Of a DNA stretch of 32,000 nucleotides, positions 1-11,276 are shown in pieces. Source of the stretch: Halalkalibacterium halodurans. GTDB lineage: Bacteria > Bacillota > Bacilli > Bacillales > Bacillaceae_D. The translations under genes and the position numbers were made by a program. Below the pieces are notes generated by a model, which was not told the origin of the DNA, ran no database searches, and worked only from the letters and a program-made list of their open reading frames with translations. Location of the stretch: contig NZ_SNUY01000017.1 of the NCBI RefSeq assembly GCF_004376175.1, positions 1,628 through 33,627 on the forward strand. The letters run 5' to 3'. Positions within the stretch are counted from its first letter, which is position 1; every line of letters begins with the position of its first letter.

Positions 1-262
1 CTTGTTGAAGGAAACGATCCATCACCGTGGGGATCCCTAGTTTCCTTACGCCACCGTTCGGTTTCGGGATTTCGACTCGACGGACAGGCTTCGGGAAATA
101 AGACCCTTCTATGATCTCATTTCGAATGGAAGTCCAGTTTTCATGAAGATGGAGGCGTAGGGATTTTACGTCCATTTCATCCACACCGTAACTTCCTTTA
201 TTCTTTTCCACTCGTTCGAGTGCTTGTATTAAGTTTTCACGGGATAGAATTCGTTCCAACAT
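1..262 (-). CDS. Group II intron reverse transcriptase/maturase, N-terminal 87 aa (partial, not in the ORF track because it is open at the window edge)
   Basis: My translation of the minus strand from ATG 262 is MLERILSRENLIQALERVEKNKGSYGVDEMDVKSLRLHLHENWTSIRNEIIEGSYFPKPVRRVEIPKPNGGVRKLGIPTVMDRFLQQ. The PKPNGGxRxLGIPTVxDRxxQQ stretch is the typical RT domain 0-2 signature of LtrA-like intron proteins. AGGAG lies 9 nt upstream of the ATG. Confidence 0.88.
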   Translation of the reverse strand, partial: MLERILSRENLIQALERVEKNKGSYGVDEMDVKSLRLHLHENWTSIRNEIIEGSYFPKPVRRVEIPKPNGGVRKLGIPTVMDRFLQQ

Positions 263-813
263 CGTATCAATCTCCTACGTGAATCATCGGTTCTTCTTAT
301 GTGACGCGCTCTCTCCACCCTCTCTTCGTGTCCCCAGCGAGATTCATCGCTTCCTCCACGAAGGAGGTTCTTCGTTTTCTGTTTCATCAAGATGCGTGTA
401 TGCGAAGGGATGATTCTCCTTACGTGATTCAGCCCTTCCCCTCTTGTCTAGACCAAGCGGGTACTATGGCTTCTGCTGACTTCTGACCGTTCAGCTTGCA
501 CTCTTATGCAAGGTTACGACATGCGTGTCGCGTATCAGTCAGATCTCCCAGGGTAAGTACACATTCTTCCCCTCCATGTCTCCTCTTCATTTACTCGGTA
601 GACCCTTTGGCAGTCTGGACTTTGATTTGTTAGGCAATCTCACCCAAGTCTACCTAGCCTTATATGAAGTTCGTGTTCCTAGGAGCGGAGGTTTGCCGCC
701 GACTTCCTTCAGATTCTGGGTCACCCCAGACACCCTTGTCTTAAGCTAACTGTTACGACTGCCTTCACAGTTCGGGACTTGAACCCTAGAGAATATGCGC
801 ATGCCTGGCACAC
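1..813 (-). mobile_element. Group II intron, 5' portion (ribozyme domains I to IV plus start of the intron-encoded protein); the 3' part lies beyond the window start
   Basis: The minus strand from 813 reads GTGTGCCAGGCATGCG, matching the GUGYG intron 5' consensus. About 550 nt follow with no credible ORF. An AGGAG SD and ATG at 262 then open a reverse-transcriptase ORF that runs off the window edge. The element begins 8 nt after the lysS terminator stem. Confidence 0.85.
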
Positions 814-2457
<1,644 letters not shown>

Positions 2458-2460
2458 CTA

Positions 2461-3465
2461 TCAAACCACACTCGCACTTTTCTCCGCCATTTTTGCCTCT
2501 AACTCTTCAATATAGGCATAAAGGGTTGAGGATACATCCTCCCGAGTTTCAAATTGATTAATTTGATCGCGGATTTTCCCATTCCCGCGCAAGCCTTTCA
2601 AATACCAAGCAGCATGCTTTCTCATTTCACGAACCGCTACGTTTTCGCCTTTAAGCTTAATCAGGCGATCCAAATGAATCATGCATACATCAATTTTCTC
2701 ACGCGGCGTAGGATCTGGGAGTAACTCCCCTGTTTCCAAGTAATGGATCGTCCGATAAAGCATCCAAGGGTTTCCTAGTGCTGCACGCCCGATCATCACT
2801 CCATCAACACCAATTTCATCAAGCATGCGCTTCGCATCTTGCGGCGTCTTCACATCCCCGTTTCCAATAACGGGAATACCTACGGCTTGTTTGACTTCAC
2901 GAATGATATTCCAGTCAGCTGTTCCTTCGTACATTTGCACACGCGTCCGTCCGTGGACAGCAACCGCTGCACCACCTGCACGTTCAACTGCTTGAGCATT
3001 TTCGACTGCATAGATATGCTCTTCATCCCAACCGATCCGCATCTTAACCGTAACAGGTTTATCGACCTCATCAACAACGGCTGAAACCATATCATAAATT
3101 TTGTTTGGATCAAGTAACCAACGAGCACCCGCATCACATTTTGTAATTTTCGGCACTGGACACCCCATATTGATGTCAATAATATCGGCATTTGTGTTCT
3201 TATCCACGAACTTGGCCGCTTCGACAAGGGTTTCCTTTTCTCCGCCAAAAATTTGCAAACTCAACGGTTTTTCCCGCTCATCTACATACAGCATGCTCAA
3301 TGACTTTTCGTTTTTATGAAGAATGGCTTTATCGCTCACCATTTCTGCACAGACTAGTCCTGCTCCAAACTCCTTGGCAATCAAACGAAACGCAGGGTTA
3401 CATACCCCTGCCATCGGTGCTAAGACCACTTGATTTTTCATTTCGATTGGACCAATTTTAAGCAT
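2461..3465 (-). CDS. dusB: tRNA-dihydrouridine synthase B (YacF/DusB family)
   Basis: The 334-aa protein starts MLKIGPIEMKNQVVLAPMAGVCN, typical of Dus-family TIM-barrel flavoenzymes. AGGAGGTG lies upstream of ATG 3465. Its position after yazB matches the B. subtilis order. Confidence 0.92.
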   Translation of the reverse strand: MLKIGPIEMKNQVVLAPMAGVCNPAFRLIAKEFGAGLVCAEMVSDKAILHKNEKSLSMLYVDEREKPLSLQIFGGEKETLVEAAKFVDKNTNADIIDINMGCPVPKITKCDAGARWLLDPNKIYDMVSAVVDEVDKPVTVKMRIGWDEEHIYAVENAQAVERAGGAAVAVHGRTRVQMYEGTADWNIIREVKQAVGIPVIGNGDVKTPQDAKRMLDEIGVDGVMIGRAALGNPWMLYRTIHYLETGELLPDPTPREKIDVCMIHLDRLIKLKGENVAVREMRKHAAWYLKGLRGNGKIRDQINQFETREDVSSTLYAYIEELEAKMAEKSASVV

Positions 3466-3478
3466 GATGATTCACCTC

Positions 3479-3700
3479 CTAGTTCTTTTCTTTTTCTGTT
3501 TGCGGAAGCAACTCGTCTTCCGATATATTTAAAACTGAAACAACTCGTTCAATTAACTGACGATTAGGTGTTCGAGTGCCTCTCTCTACTTCTCCTAACA
3601 CGGACACGGAGACTCCAATCGCTTGGGCAAATCGCTCCTGCGTATAGCCCTTTAGCTTTCGAAACGCCCGTATACGCTGGCCCCAGTTTCCTGTTTCCAT
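3479..3700 (-). CDS. yazB: Small XRE-family helix-turn-helix transcriptional regulator (YazB-like)
   Basis: The 73-aa protein carries an HTH_3 motif (IRAFRKLKGYTQERFAQAIGVSVSVLGEVERG). AAGGTG lies 5-6 nt upstream of ATG 3700, inside the folK coding sequence. It overlaps the folK 3' end by 49 nt. Confidence 0.85.
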   Translation of the reverse strand: METGNWGQRIRAFRKLKGYTQERFAQAIGVSVSVLGEVERGTRTPNRQLIERVVSVLNISEDELLPQTEKEKN

Positions 3701-4176
3701 AACGTCACACCTTCTTTATCTTTTAACTCTCTGACAACCTGTTCAATCGTTTTGCCAGAAGGAGCAACAATCGATGGATTTAATTCCATTAAAGGAATGA
3801 GAACAAACGCCCGTTCCCACATGCGCGGGTGAGGGATAATTAAGTTCTCCATCTCTCTATTTTCTTGATCATAGAGGAGAATGTCAAGGTCTAACGTGCG
3901 AGGCCCCCATCGAATATGGCGCTCACGCCCACAATAACGCTCTATCTTTTGCGTTACTTCTAGCAATTGTTCCACCGGAAGAGACGTAGACACTTCAACA
4001 ACCATATTTAGGAATGGGCTTTGATCCGTATACCCAACCGGATCCGTTTCATAGATAGAGGAACAGCATGTAACCGTAACCTTATCGTGTTCAGCTAACT
4101 GTTGGATCGCTTCTTCTAAAAAACGCGAACGATCGCCGATGTTTGATCCAAGCGCAATGTAACACTGCTTTTCCAT
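3652..4176 (-). CDS. folK: 2-amino-4-hydroxy-6-hydroxymethyldihydropteridine pyrophosphokinase
   Basis: The 174-aa HPPK family protein starts ...CYIALGSNIGDR and contains RWGPRTLDLDILLY. Its ATG (4176) abuts the folB stop codon (TAAATG). Confidence 0.93.
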   Translation of the reverse strand: MEKQCYIALGSNIGDRSRFLEEAIQQLAEHDKVTVTCCSSIYETDPVGYTDQSPFLNMVVEVSTSLPVEQLLEVTQKIERYCGRERHIRWGPRTLDLDILLYDQENREMENLIIPHPRMWERAFVLIPLMELNPSIVAPSGKTIEQVVRELKDKEGVTLWKQETGASVYGRFES

Positions 4177-4545
4177 TTATTTAGACCTCGTAATTTCAAC
4201 AGCTACAGAGTCATAGTGACCAGGGATCGGTGGATCTGGCTTCGTCACTGTAACGGTGACGAATTGCAAAGGCTCAAAGGAAGCAAGGAGCTTTGCTGCA
4301 ATCGTTTCCGCAACGGACTCCACAAGTTTATACGGCTCCCCTTCTACAACTTCTTTCGTGATTTTGTATACATCGGCATAGTTGATCGTATGAACGAGAG
4401 CGTCTGATTCCCCCGCACGTTTTAAATCGAGCTCTAACGTCAAGTCGACGTAGAACCGTTGGCCAAGCTTATTCTCTTCTGCATAGACCCCATGATACCC
4501 GTAAAACTCCATCCGATTCATATAAATCTTATCCACCGATATCAC
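4177..4545 (-). CDS. folB: Dihydroneopterin aldolase
   Basis: The sequence MEFYGYHGVYAEENKLGQRFYVDL is the FolB signature. The ORF-track start is GTG 4545. GTG 4536 or ATG 4521 are alternatives, so the start is uncertain by up to 24 nt. Confidence 0.9.
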   Translation of the reverse strand: MISVDKIYMNRMEFYGYHGVYAEENKLGQRFYVDLTLELDLKRAGESDALVHTINYADVYKITKEVVEGEPYKLVESVAETIAAKLLASFEPLQFVTVTVTKPDPPIPGHYDSVAVEITRSK

Positions 4546-5371
4546 GCCCTTTCCCCATCATCGCATCCATCATTTTTGCCATTCGACTCATTTCTTTTAC
4601 ATCATGAACTCGAACAATATTGCAGCCTTTGGCAATCCCATAACAGACAGTAGCTCCCGTTCCTTCAACCCGATCGTCCACAGGTAAATGAAGCGTCTTC
4701 GCGATGAGGGATTTTCGCGACGTACCGAGCAGAACTGGATATGGGAGCGCAGTTAACTCATCCAGTCGACGCATCGCCTCCAAATTGTGCTCATATGTTT
4801 TTGCAAAGCCAATTCCCGGATCTAATATAATGTTCTCATCTTTCACGCCTGCTTGTTTACACAAAGAGATGCTTTCCTCTAGGTCAGCGATCATCTCGGC
4901 CATCAAGTCTGTATAATCCTCATTGTCTCGATTATGCATTAAAATAATCGGTACCCCGTATTTAGCGGCAACGTGAGCCATACTAGGGTCGGCTTTTGCT
5001 CCCCATACGTCATTGATGATCGAAGCACCTGCTTTGATCGCTTTCTCGGCTACTTCTGCCTTGTACGTGTCGATTGAAATCGGTACATCGACCTGCGCTG
5101 AAACAGCTTCAATCACAGGGATCACACGGTTAAGTTCTTCGCCCACTTCCACTTTCGTATGCCCTGGGCGCGTAGATTCGCCGCCGATGTCAATTAGATC
5201 AGCGCCGTCGGTGATCATTTGCTTCGCGTGACGGACAGCCGCTTCAACATCAACGTATCTCCCTCCATCTGAAAAAGAATCAGGTGTTACATTAAGAATT
5301 CCCATAATGTACGTTCGATCCGAGAATTGTAACGGATTCAATCGCGTTTTATTTGCAAGTGTTGTTGACAT
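4529..5371 (-). CDS. folP: Dihydropteroate synthase
   Basis: The protein contains the pterin-binding motif GILNVTPDSFSDGG. AAGGAGGG lies 8 nt upstream of ATG 5371. Confidence 0.95.
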   Translation of the reverse strand: MSTTLANKTRLNPLQFSDRTYIMGILNVTPDSFSDGGRYVDVEAAVRHAKQMITDGADLIDIGGESTRPGHTKVEVGEELNRVIPVIEAVSAQVDVPISIDTYKAEVAEKAIKAGASIINDVWGAKADPSMAHVAAKYGVPIILMHNRDNEDYTDLMAEMIADLEESISLCKQAGVKDENIILDPGIGFAKTYEHNLEAMRRLDELTALPYPVLLGTSRKSLIAKTLHLPVDDRVEGTGATVCYGIAKGCNIVRVHDVKEMSRMAKMMDAMMGKGRDIGG

Positions 5372-6236
5372 CCTGTTTTCCCTCCTTTATCTCGTTCTTG
5401 GACCATAGTTTTGTGCAGTATTTCTGATAGCTTTTTCTCAAACTCATAATCACCGCTTCATCTTGGTTAAATTCAGCTTGTCCAACGGAAGTGAGAGTCA
5501 CGATTTCTTGAATGGAATTTGTAATAAACGCCCCATCCGCTTTCAGTAATGCTTCTTTAGGGTAGCGCCCTTCCCGCCACGGAATCCCTTGCTTATCACA
5601 TAAGGTGAGAACAAATTGCCGAGTGATGCCATTCAAGATTCCTGTATCAACAGAAGGCGTGTACACGACCCCGTTTTTTACCCAAAACACGTTCGAAGTC
5701 AGCCCTTCCGCTAACACGCCATCCTCTGTTAAAAAGATCCCTTCCGTTTGTGGGTCCTTTGCCACCTCACGCTTTCCAAGAACGTTGTTCAGAAAGTGGT
5801 GTGACTTAAGTCGTCGATCTCCTTCAGGGGTATTCCTTCTTAGCTCCAGCAATGTCCCCGTTTTTCGCGTCGATAGCCCTTGTGGCAATGACTTCATGTA
5901 GATGATGACTGTCGGCTCTTTATAAGTGTCCGTGTACAGCCCAATCGGACCCGGACCAGCAGAGACGTTCCAGCGAATATAAGCATTTCTCACACCATTT
6001 TTATTACAAAGCGTGGCAAGCTGGTGTAAAACGTGAGACCGATTATACGTCCAATCAATCGCAAGGGCGCGTAGCCCCTCCTCTAAACGGACAAAATGGT
6101 CATCCAATAAAAATGGATGACCTTCATAAAGTCGAAACGTTTCAAAAAGACCGAGACCATACATGTAACCGTGATCGAAAGGCGAGATGATCGCCTCCTC
6201 TTCCTTGACAAGTTTGTCATTAACGTACATGTACAT
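5349..6236 (-). CDS. pabC: Aminodeoxychorismate lyase (PLP fold-type IV)
   Basis: The N-terminus [39 protein letters not shown] aligns with the B. subtilis PabC N-terminus as I recall it. I trimmed the start to ATG 6236, with GGAAGGA 8 nt upstream. The track start at 6293 lies inside pabA. Confidence 0.88.
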   Translation of the reverse strand: MYMYVNDKLVKEEEAIISPFDHGYMYGLGLFETFRLYEGHPFLLDDHFVRLEEGLRALAIDWTYNRSHVLHQLATLCNKNGVRNAYIRWNVSAGPGPIGLYTDTYKEPTVIIYMKSLPQGLSTRKTGTLLELRRNTPEGDRRLKSHHFLNNVLGKREVAKDPQTEGIFLTEDGVLAEGLTSNVFWVKNGVVYTPSVDTGILNGITRQFVLTLCDKQGIPWREGRYPKEALLKADGAFITNSIQEIVTLTSVGQAEFNQDEAVIMSLRKSYQKYCTKLWSKNEIKEGKQDVNNTCK

Positions 6237-6816
6237 CGTTTGTTTCCTTCCCGTACGTTTCGATAAAGTTACGCAACAGTCGTTTGCCCGCATCGGTCAT
6301 AATCGATTCTGGGTGAAACTGCACCCCTTCAATTGAAAGCTCCTTATGACGAATCGCCATGATCTCCCCTTCAGCCGTTTCAGCTGAAATCTCGAAGCAA
6401 TCCGGTAACGTTTCGCGTTTCACAATTAATGAATGATAACGCGTTGCAGTAAAAGGATTCGCCACCTCTTTAAAAATGGTTTTGCCATCGTGTGTCACTT
6501 CAGACGTTTTTCCGTGCATGAGCCGCTCCGCACGAATGACGTCACCGCCAAATGCTTGGGCGATCGATTGATGACCTAAACAAACACCAAAAATCGGGAG
6601 CTTCCCTGCGAATGCGCGGATCGCATCAAGGCTAACCCCCGCTTCATTCGGGCTACAAGGCCCCGGTGAAATCATCAAAAAGTCTGGTGACATTTGCTCA
6701 ATCTCTTCCACCGATACCTCATCATTCCGCTTAACAACAAGCTCATGACCCATCTCGCCCAAATATTGCACTAAGTTGTAGGTAAACGAATCGTAATTAT
6801 CAATCATTAAAATCAT
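6220..6816 (-). CDS. pabA: Aminodeoxychorismate/anthranilate synthase component II (glutamine amidotransferase)
   Basis: The protein starts [21 protein letters not shown] and has the catalytic triad context GVCLGHQ ... HPES. GAGGAGG lies upstream of ATG 6816. Confidence 0.95.
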   Translation of the reverse strand: MILMIDNYDSFTYNLVQYLGEMGHELVVKRNDEVSVEEIEQMSPDFLMISPGPCSPNEAGVSLDAIRAFAGKLPIFGVCLGHQSIAQAFGGDVIRAERLMHGKTSEVTHDGKTIFKEVANPFTATRYHSLIVKRETLPDCFEISAETAEGEIMAIRHKELSIEGVQFHPESIMTDAGKRLLRNFIETYGKETNDVHVR

Positions 6817-6824
6817 CGTAATTC

Positions 6825-6871
6825 CTCCTCAGCTCTACTTTTCTATTCTTTGCTTTTGCTCGTCTATACTC
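6825..6871 (-). promoter_or_regulatory. Candidate TRAP (trp RNA-binding attenuation protein) binding array overlapping the pabA Shine-Dalgarno
   Basis: The minus strand reads GAG-ta-TAG-ac-GAG-caa-AAG-ca-AAG-aa-TAG-aa-AAG-ta-GAG-ct-GAG(GAG). That is nine NAG triplets with 2-3 nt spacers, ending in the pabA SD GAGGAGG. The same position and architecture apply to the known B. subtilis trpG(pabA) TRAP site. Confidence 0.5.
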
Positions 6872-8295
6872 TGGTCGTACGCCCGCCATAATGCTTTTGC
6901 TTTCTTCAATGATTCCTTATATTCATAGCGAGGATTGGAGTCAATGACCACACCCGCTCCCGCTTGAACATACGCCATCTCATCTTTACACAACATTGTG
7001 CGAATGACAATGTTCAGTTCCATATCACCATTATAACCAATCCAGCCAATTGAACCCGTATAAATTCCTCTACGAACCGGCTCTAGCTCTTCAATGATTT
7101 CCATCGTTCGTACTTTAGGCGCACCCGTTATCGTCCCGCCTGGGAACGTAGCGCGGATCGCATCAAATGCATCAAGCCCCTCTTTTAACACCCCTCGTAC
7201 GTTGGAAACAATGTGCATGACATGGGAGTATTTTTCCACAACCATAAGCTCGTTCACTTCAACCGAACCGTATTCACTTACACGCCCGAGGTCGTTTCGC
7301 TCTAAATCGACGAGCATCACATGTTCGGCCCGCTCTTTTTCATTTGACAATAATGTCTGAACGAGAGCTTCATCCTCATCAGCCGTTGCCCCGCGAGAAC
7401 GGGTACCGGCAATCGGACGAGTGCTTAACTTCCGGCCATCTTTTTTGATTAACAACTCTGGAGAACCGCTAACAAGCTGGAAATCTGGAGTGTGCAAATA
7501 ACTCATATAGGGCGAAGGATTGATCTGACGTAACGCCTCATAAATCGATAATGGAGTTGTCCTTAAAGGGCGTCCTTCGCGAACGGATAAGTTCACTTGG
7601 AACACATCCCCTGCCGCAATGTACTCTCGCACTCTCTCTACAGCTTTTGCGAACGTCTCTTCGCTAAACGAATGGACCTTCTCCCCTTCTGTTTCCAAAT
7701 AAGAAGTTGCAACTTCTTCGTCCAAGCTGACCGGCTGCTTCCATGTCGCTTCGTAATGTCTTAGCTTTTGCTCCGATAAGTCTTGTTCACTGGCGTCCCC
7801 ATGAACAAAGATCCACGCAACCTTTTTTTCATGATCATAAATAAACACATCATCAAAAATAAGAAAATATAAGTCCGGAAGATTCAAGTCATCTTGAGCG
7901 ATAGTTGGCAACCGCTCAATTTCACGGACAAGGTCATAACTGAAAAAGCCAATCGCACCTCCCTGAAATGGGGGAGCACCTGGTAACGTTTCAGCTTGAT
8001 ACGAGGCAAGTGCGTCGCGCATTAAATCTAATAAAGCTCCTTGCCGTTTCACGACTTCATTTTCTGTCGTAACGATTAATGTATCTTTCTTGCCTTCAAG
8101 AACCATGACCGGCTCAAGTCCGACCATGCTGTATCGTCCACCCCTACCGCTCTCCAACAATACGTGCCGCTCCCGATCCCTTGATTGCTTTTTATAGCGG
8201 CGAAAAAACTGGCTCTCCTCCATCGGAAAGGAAGTGGCGCAAACCGTTCGTTTCGTCTCTTGCTTTCCTTGCTGCAACAACCTCACTCCTGCCAT
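6835..8295 (-). CDS. pabB: Aminodeoxychorismate synthase component I
   Basis: The 486-aa chorismate-binding enzyme contains ...PGGTITGAPKVRTMEIIEELE... The ATG 8295 start has only a weak SD (GAGAG), so the start is moderately certain. Confidence 0.92.
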   Translation of the reverse strand: MAGVRLLQQGKQETKRTVCATSFPMEESQFFRRYKKQSRDRERHVLLESGRGGRYSMVGLEPVMVLEGKKDTLIVTTENEVVKRQGALLDLMRDALASYQAETLPGAPPFQGGAIGFFSYDLVREIERLPTIAQDDLNLPDLYFLIFDDVFIYDHEKKVAWIFVHGDASEQDLSEQKLRHYEATWKQPVSLDEEVATSYLETEGEKVHSFSEETFAKAVERVREYIAAGDVFQVNLSVREGRPLRTTPLSIYEALRQINPSPYMSYLHTPDFQLVSGSPELLIKKDGRKLSTRPIAGTRSRGATADEDEALVQTLLSNEKERAEHVMLVDLERNDLGRVSEYGSVEVNELMVVEKYSHVMHIVSNVRGVLKEGLDAFDAIRATFPGGTITGAPKVRTMEIIEELEPVRRGIYTGSIGWIGYNGDMELNIVIRTMLCKDEMAYVQAGAGVVIDSNPRYEYKESLKKAKALWRAYDQSIDEQKQRIEK

Positions 8296-8485
8296 TTATC
8301 GTTCTCTCTATTTTACATGAACTGCATAGATGAGGAAAGTTGAAGACGTTGGCAAAAACGAATAGTGCTTAGAAAAACATGGCGAACCACTATTGGTGGA
8401 AGCAATCTTTTTCCTACACTTCCTTCCTTTATCGATTTCTTAAATTGCAAATCAGAAGCACCTACTCACGAGATTTTCCTGAAAT

Positions 8486-8517
8486 AGAAAAAGGCAGCTC
8501 CGCCACTGGAACTGCCT
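8486..8517 (-). terminator. Intrinsic terminator of cysK
   Basis: A 10-bp stem with one mismatch pairs 8492-8501 with 8508-8517 around a 6-nt loop. It is followed on the minus strand by TTTTTCT. Confidence 0.75.
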
Positions 8518-8524
8518 CTAATTA

Positions 8525-9448
8525 TTAGTCCTCAAATTGATAAAGAGGTGTGCTCAAGTAGCGCTCTCCATTTGATGGGATGACGGCTACTACTTTTTTA
8601 CCTGGCCCAAGCTTTTCAGCCACTTGCAACGCTGCATAAATCGCTGCACCAGAAGAAATTCCTCCAAGGATTCCTTCTTCTTTCGCTGCACGACGAGCGT
8701 ATTCAAATGCTTGTTCTGTTGAAACTTTTATGACTTCATCATAGATGTCTGTATCAAGGATTTTCGGCACAAATCCGGCACCAATTCCTTGAATTTTATG
8801 AGGCCCTGGGTTTCCACCAGATAATACTGGAGAATCTGCAGGCTCAACAGCTGCAATGTGCAAGTTCGGGAAGTTTTCTTTTAGCAATCCACCTGCACCT
8901 GTAATCGTTCCACCTGTTCCAATTCCAGATACGAAGCCATCAAGCTGACCGTCCACCTGCTCAAGAAGCTCACGACCTGTCGTTTCACGGTGAATTTCTG
9001 GGTTCGCTTCATTTTCAAATTGTTGTGGCATGAAGTACCCATTTTCTTGGGCAAGCTCTGTTGCTTTACGAATCGCTCCTCCCATTCCTTCAGGGCCAGG
9101 AGTTAGAACAAGCTCTGCACCGTATGCACGCAGCAAGTTCCGGCGCTCTAAACTCATCGTCTCAGGCATGACAAGTTTTGTTTTATACCCTTTTGCAGCA
9201 GCAACCATCGCAAGGCCGATCCCAGTATTTCCAGAAGTAGGCTCAACGATTGTATCATCAGGCTTTAAAGCCCCAGACTTTTCTGCAGCTTCAATCATCG
9301 CAAGTGCAATACGATCTTTTACGCTGCTTCCAGGGTTAAAAAATTCAAGCTTTAAGTAAACATCGGCATGTTTGTCAGAAACGAGTCGATTTAATTTTAC
9401 TAACGGCGTTTGACCGATCAAATCGGTAATGGAGTTTGCCACTCTCAT
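8525..9448 (-). CDS. cysK: Cysteine synthase A (O-acetylserine sulfhydrylase)
   Basis: The protein has the PLP lysine motif NPGSSVKDR and the GTGGTITG loop. I trimmed the start to ATG 9448 ([12 protein letters not shown]...), with AGGGGG 7 nt upstream. Confidence 0.95.
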   Translation of the reverse strand: MRVANSITDLIGQTPLVKLNRLVSDKHADVYLKLEFFNPGSSVKDRIALAMIEAAEKSGALKPDDTIVEPTSGNTGIGLAMVAAAKGYKTKLVMPETMSLERRNLLRAYGAELVLTPGPEGMGGAIRKATELAQENGYFMPQQFENEANPEIHRETTGRELLEQVDGQLDGFVSGIGTGGTITGAGGLLKENFPNLHIAAVEPADSPVLSGGNPGPHKIQGIGAGFVPKILDTDIYDEVIKVSTEQAFEYARRAAKEEGILGGISSGAAIYAALQVAEKLGPGKKVVAVIPSNGERYLSTPLYQFED

Positions 9449-9496
9449 AATAAAGCCCCCTAATCCCAAGTAAATTTATTGGTTTTATTAAGTTTG

Positions 9497-9525
9497 ATGG
9501 TATCAAAGATTTTCAGATAAGTCAA
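9497..9525 (-). promoter_or_regulatory. SigmaA-type promoter for cysK
   Basis: The minus strand reads TTGACT (9525-9520), a 17-nt spacer, then TACCAT (9502-9497) with a TGn extended -10. It lies about 50 nt upstream of the cysK ATG. Confidence 0.5.
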
Positions 9526-9572
9526 TAAAAATCATCGTATGTACTGGAAAAAGGCTTGGACAATTTGCTCAA

Positions 9573-9606
9573 CAAAAAACAGCGGCGCTTTCTTTAAACG
9601 TCGCTG
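9573..9606 (-). terminator. Intrinsic terminator of hslO
   Basis: An 8-bp stem with one G-U pair joins 9580-9587 and 9599-9606 around an 11-nt loop. It is followed on the minus strand by TTTTTT. Confidence 0.7.
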
Positions 9607-9620
9607 CTTTGCTATGCCCT

Positions 9621-10496
9621 TTAGGCTTCTTCGTATAACGTCTCCAGCTCTTCTTTGGAAAAGAGATAGACTTCATTACAAAAATGACAGGTTGTCTCAG
9701 CCCCACCATCTTCTTCAATCATTGCGCGGATTTCATCTTTCCCAAGACTAATGATCGCGCGGGCAATCCGCTCTTTTGAACATTGACATGCAAACTCGAT
9801 CGGCATCTTTTCGAGGATTTTCACATTGTCATCCCCCAATAGAGCAGCAAGTATCTCTTCTGGTGGCATTCCTGCCTCAACTAGCTTGGAAATCGGCGGT
9901 ATCGTCTGCAGCCGCTTTTCAATTTCTGAAATAATAGCGTCATCTGCTCCCGGCATCAATTGCAGAACGAAACCTCCTGCTGCAAGCACGCTGTTATCAG
10001 GGTTCACAAGCACTCCTACTCCTACTGAAGATGGCGTTTGTTCAGAAGACACAAAGTAATACGTAAAGTCTTCCCCAAGCTCTCCAGAAACGAGCGGAAC
10101 ACTTCCTGTAAAATGGTCCCGTAAGCCGATATCCTTGACCACAGACAACGATCCGTTTGTGCCGACTGCTCGTGCCACATCCAATTTCCCGTGTTCGTTT
10201 AATTCAAAGTGAACATGGGGGTTCTTCACGTATCCACGCGTTTGTCCGTTTGCCTGACTATCAACAATGATCGCTCCTATCGGGCCATCCCCTTCAACCT
10301 TCACGGTCAGCTTGGCATCCCCTTTTAACATAGCAGCCATCATTGTGCCAGCCATCATCGTACGCCCAAGAGCTGCTGACGCTGTCGGCCACGTATCTTG
10401 ACGCCTCACCGCCTCATTGACCATCTCTGTCGCTTTGAGGGCATAGGCACGCACCTTCCCTTCAAAGCCGAGCGCCTTTACTAAATAATCACCCAT
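9621..10496 (-). CDS. hslO: Hsp33 redox-regulated chaperonin
   Basis: The 291-aa protein has the C-terminal zinc centre CQCS...CHFCN that is typical of Hsp33. Confidence 0.93.
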   Translation of the reverse strand: MGDYLVKALGFEGKVRAYALKATEMVNEAVRRQDTWPTASAALGRTMMAGTMMAAMLKGDAKLTVKVEGDGPIGAIIVDSQANGQTRGYVKNPHVHFELNEHGKLDVARAVGTNGSLSVVKDIGLRDHFTGSVPLVSGELGEDFTYYFVSSEQTPSSVGVGVLVNPDNSVLAAGGFVLQLMPGADDAIISEIEKRLQTIPPISKLVEAGMPPEEILAALLGDDNVKILEKMPIEFACQCSKERIARAIISLGKDEIRAMIEEDGGAETTCHFCNEVYLFSKEELETLYEEA

Positions 10497-10511
10497 ATCG
10501 GTTCATTCCTT

Positions 10512-11276
10512 TCAGACATTCTTCTTATAAATGAGTTGCAATCCTTTTAATGTTAAAAACGAATCGATTACATCAATGGTTTCCGACTCGGTTCCGATTA
10601 ACTTCGCAAGCCCACCAGTTGCAATGACTTTCGGTTCACTTTCTGCTTGAGCCTTCATTCGTTTCACAACACCATCGACTTGGCTCACATACCCGTAGAA
10701 GATTCCTGATTGCATCGAATCAATCGTATTTGTCCCTACGACTTGTTTCGGCTTCGCTATTTCAATCCGTGGCAATTTTGATGCGCGATGATACAACGCT
10801 TCTGTTGAGATCATGATTCCAGGAGCAATGACTCCCCCTGCATATTGTTTTTTTTCATTAATTAAGCAATATGTTGTTGCTGTTCCAAAATCAACGACAA
10901 TGGCAGGGTAGCCATATAACTCAATCGCTGCAACTGCATTAACGATTCGATCGGCCCCAACCTCTTTTGGATTGTCATACTTAATATTTAAGCCTGTCTT
11001 AATTCCAGGCCCAATAATCATAGGAGTGACATGAAAGTATTTTTTGCACATTTGCTCTAAGGAAAACATCATCGGTGGGACAACAGATGAAATGACAATG
11101 CCGTCTATGTCTTGAAACTGTAGACCTGCATGATCAAAGAGAGAACGCACTGTCATTGCATACTCATCCTCGGTCTTTTGCCTACTCGTCGCTAGCCGCC
11201 AATGATGCACTAACGTTTCATCTTGGTAGACCCCTAACACAGTATTTGTATTTCCAACATCAATGACAAGTATCAT
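10512..11276 (-). CDS. coaX: Type III pantothenate kinase
   Basis: The N-terminus [17 protein letters not shown] and the later ...VDFGTATT... are ASKHA-fold CoaX motifs. Confidence 0.93.
   Translation of the reverse strand: MILVIDVGNTNTVLGVYQDETLVHHWRLATSRQKTEDEYAMTVRSLFDHAGLQFQDIDGIVISSVVPPMMFSLEQMCKKYFHVTPMIIGPGIKTGLNIKYDNPKEVGADRIVNAVAAIELYGYPAIVVDFGTATTYCLINEKKQYAGGVIAPGIMISTEALYHRASKLPRIEIAKPKQVVGTNTIDSMQSGIFYGYVSQVDGVVKRMKAQAESEPKVIATGGLAKLIGTESETIDVIDSFLTLKGLQLIYKKNV

Noticed and set aside
301-749. Two plus-strand ORFs (61 and 74 aa) in the track
   Set aside because: They lie antisense to the structured 5' ribozyme part of the group II intron. They have no SD and no recognisable family, so they are shadow ORFs.
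8353-8394. Attenuator-like hairpin (AATAGTG/CACTATT followed by T5) upstream of pabB
   Set aside because: The stem is 7 bp and AT-rich with a 20-nt loop, and 2 nt separate it from the T run. It is probably too weak to be functional. I also could not call a convincing pabB promoter in 8296-8485.
9449-9496. Possible CymR operator in the cysK leader (TAAAACCAATAAATTTACTTGGGATTA)
   Set aside because: It matches only partly the CymR motif as I remember it, and I am not confident of that consensus. It needs a proper PWM scan, so I did not report it as a feature.
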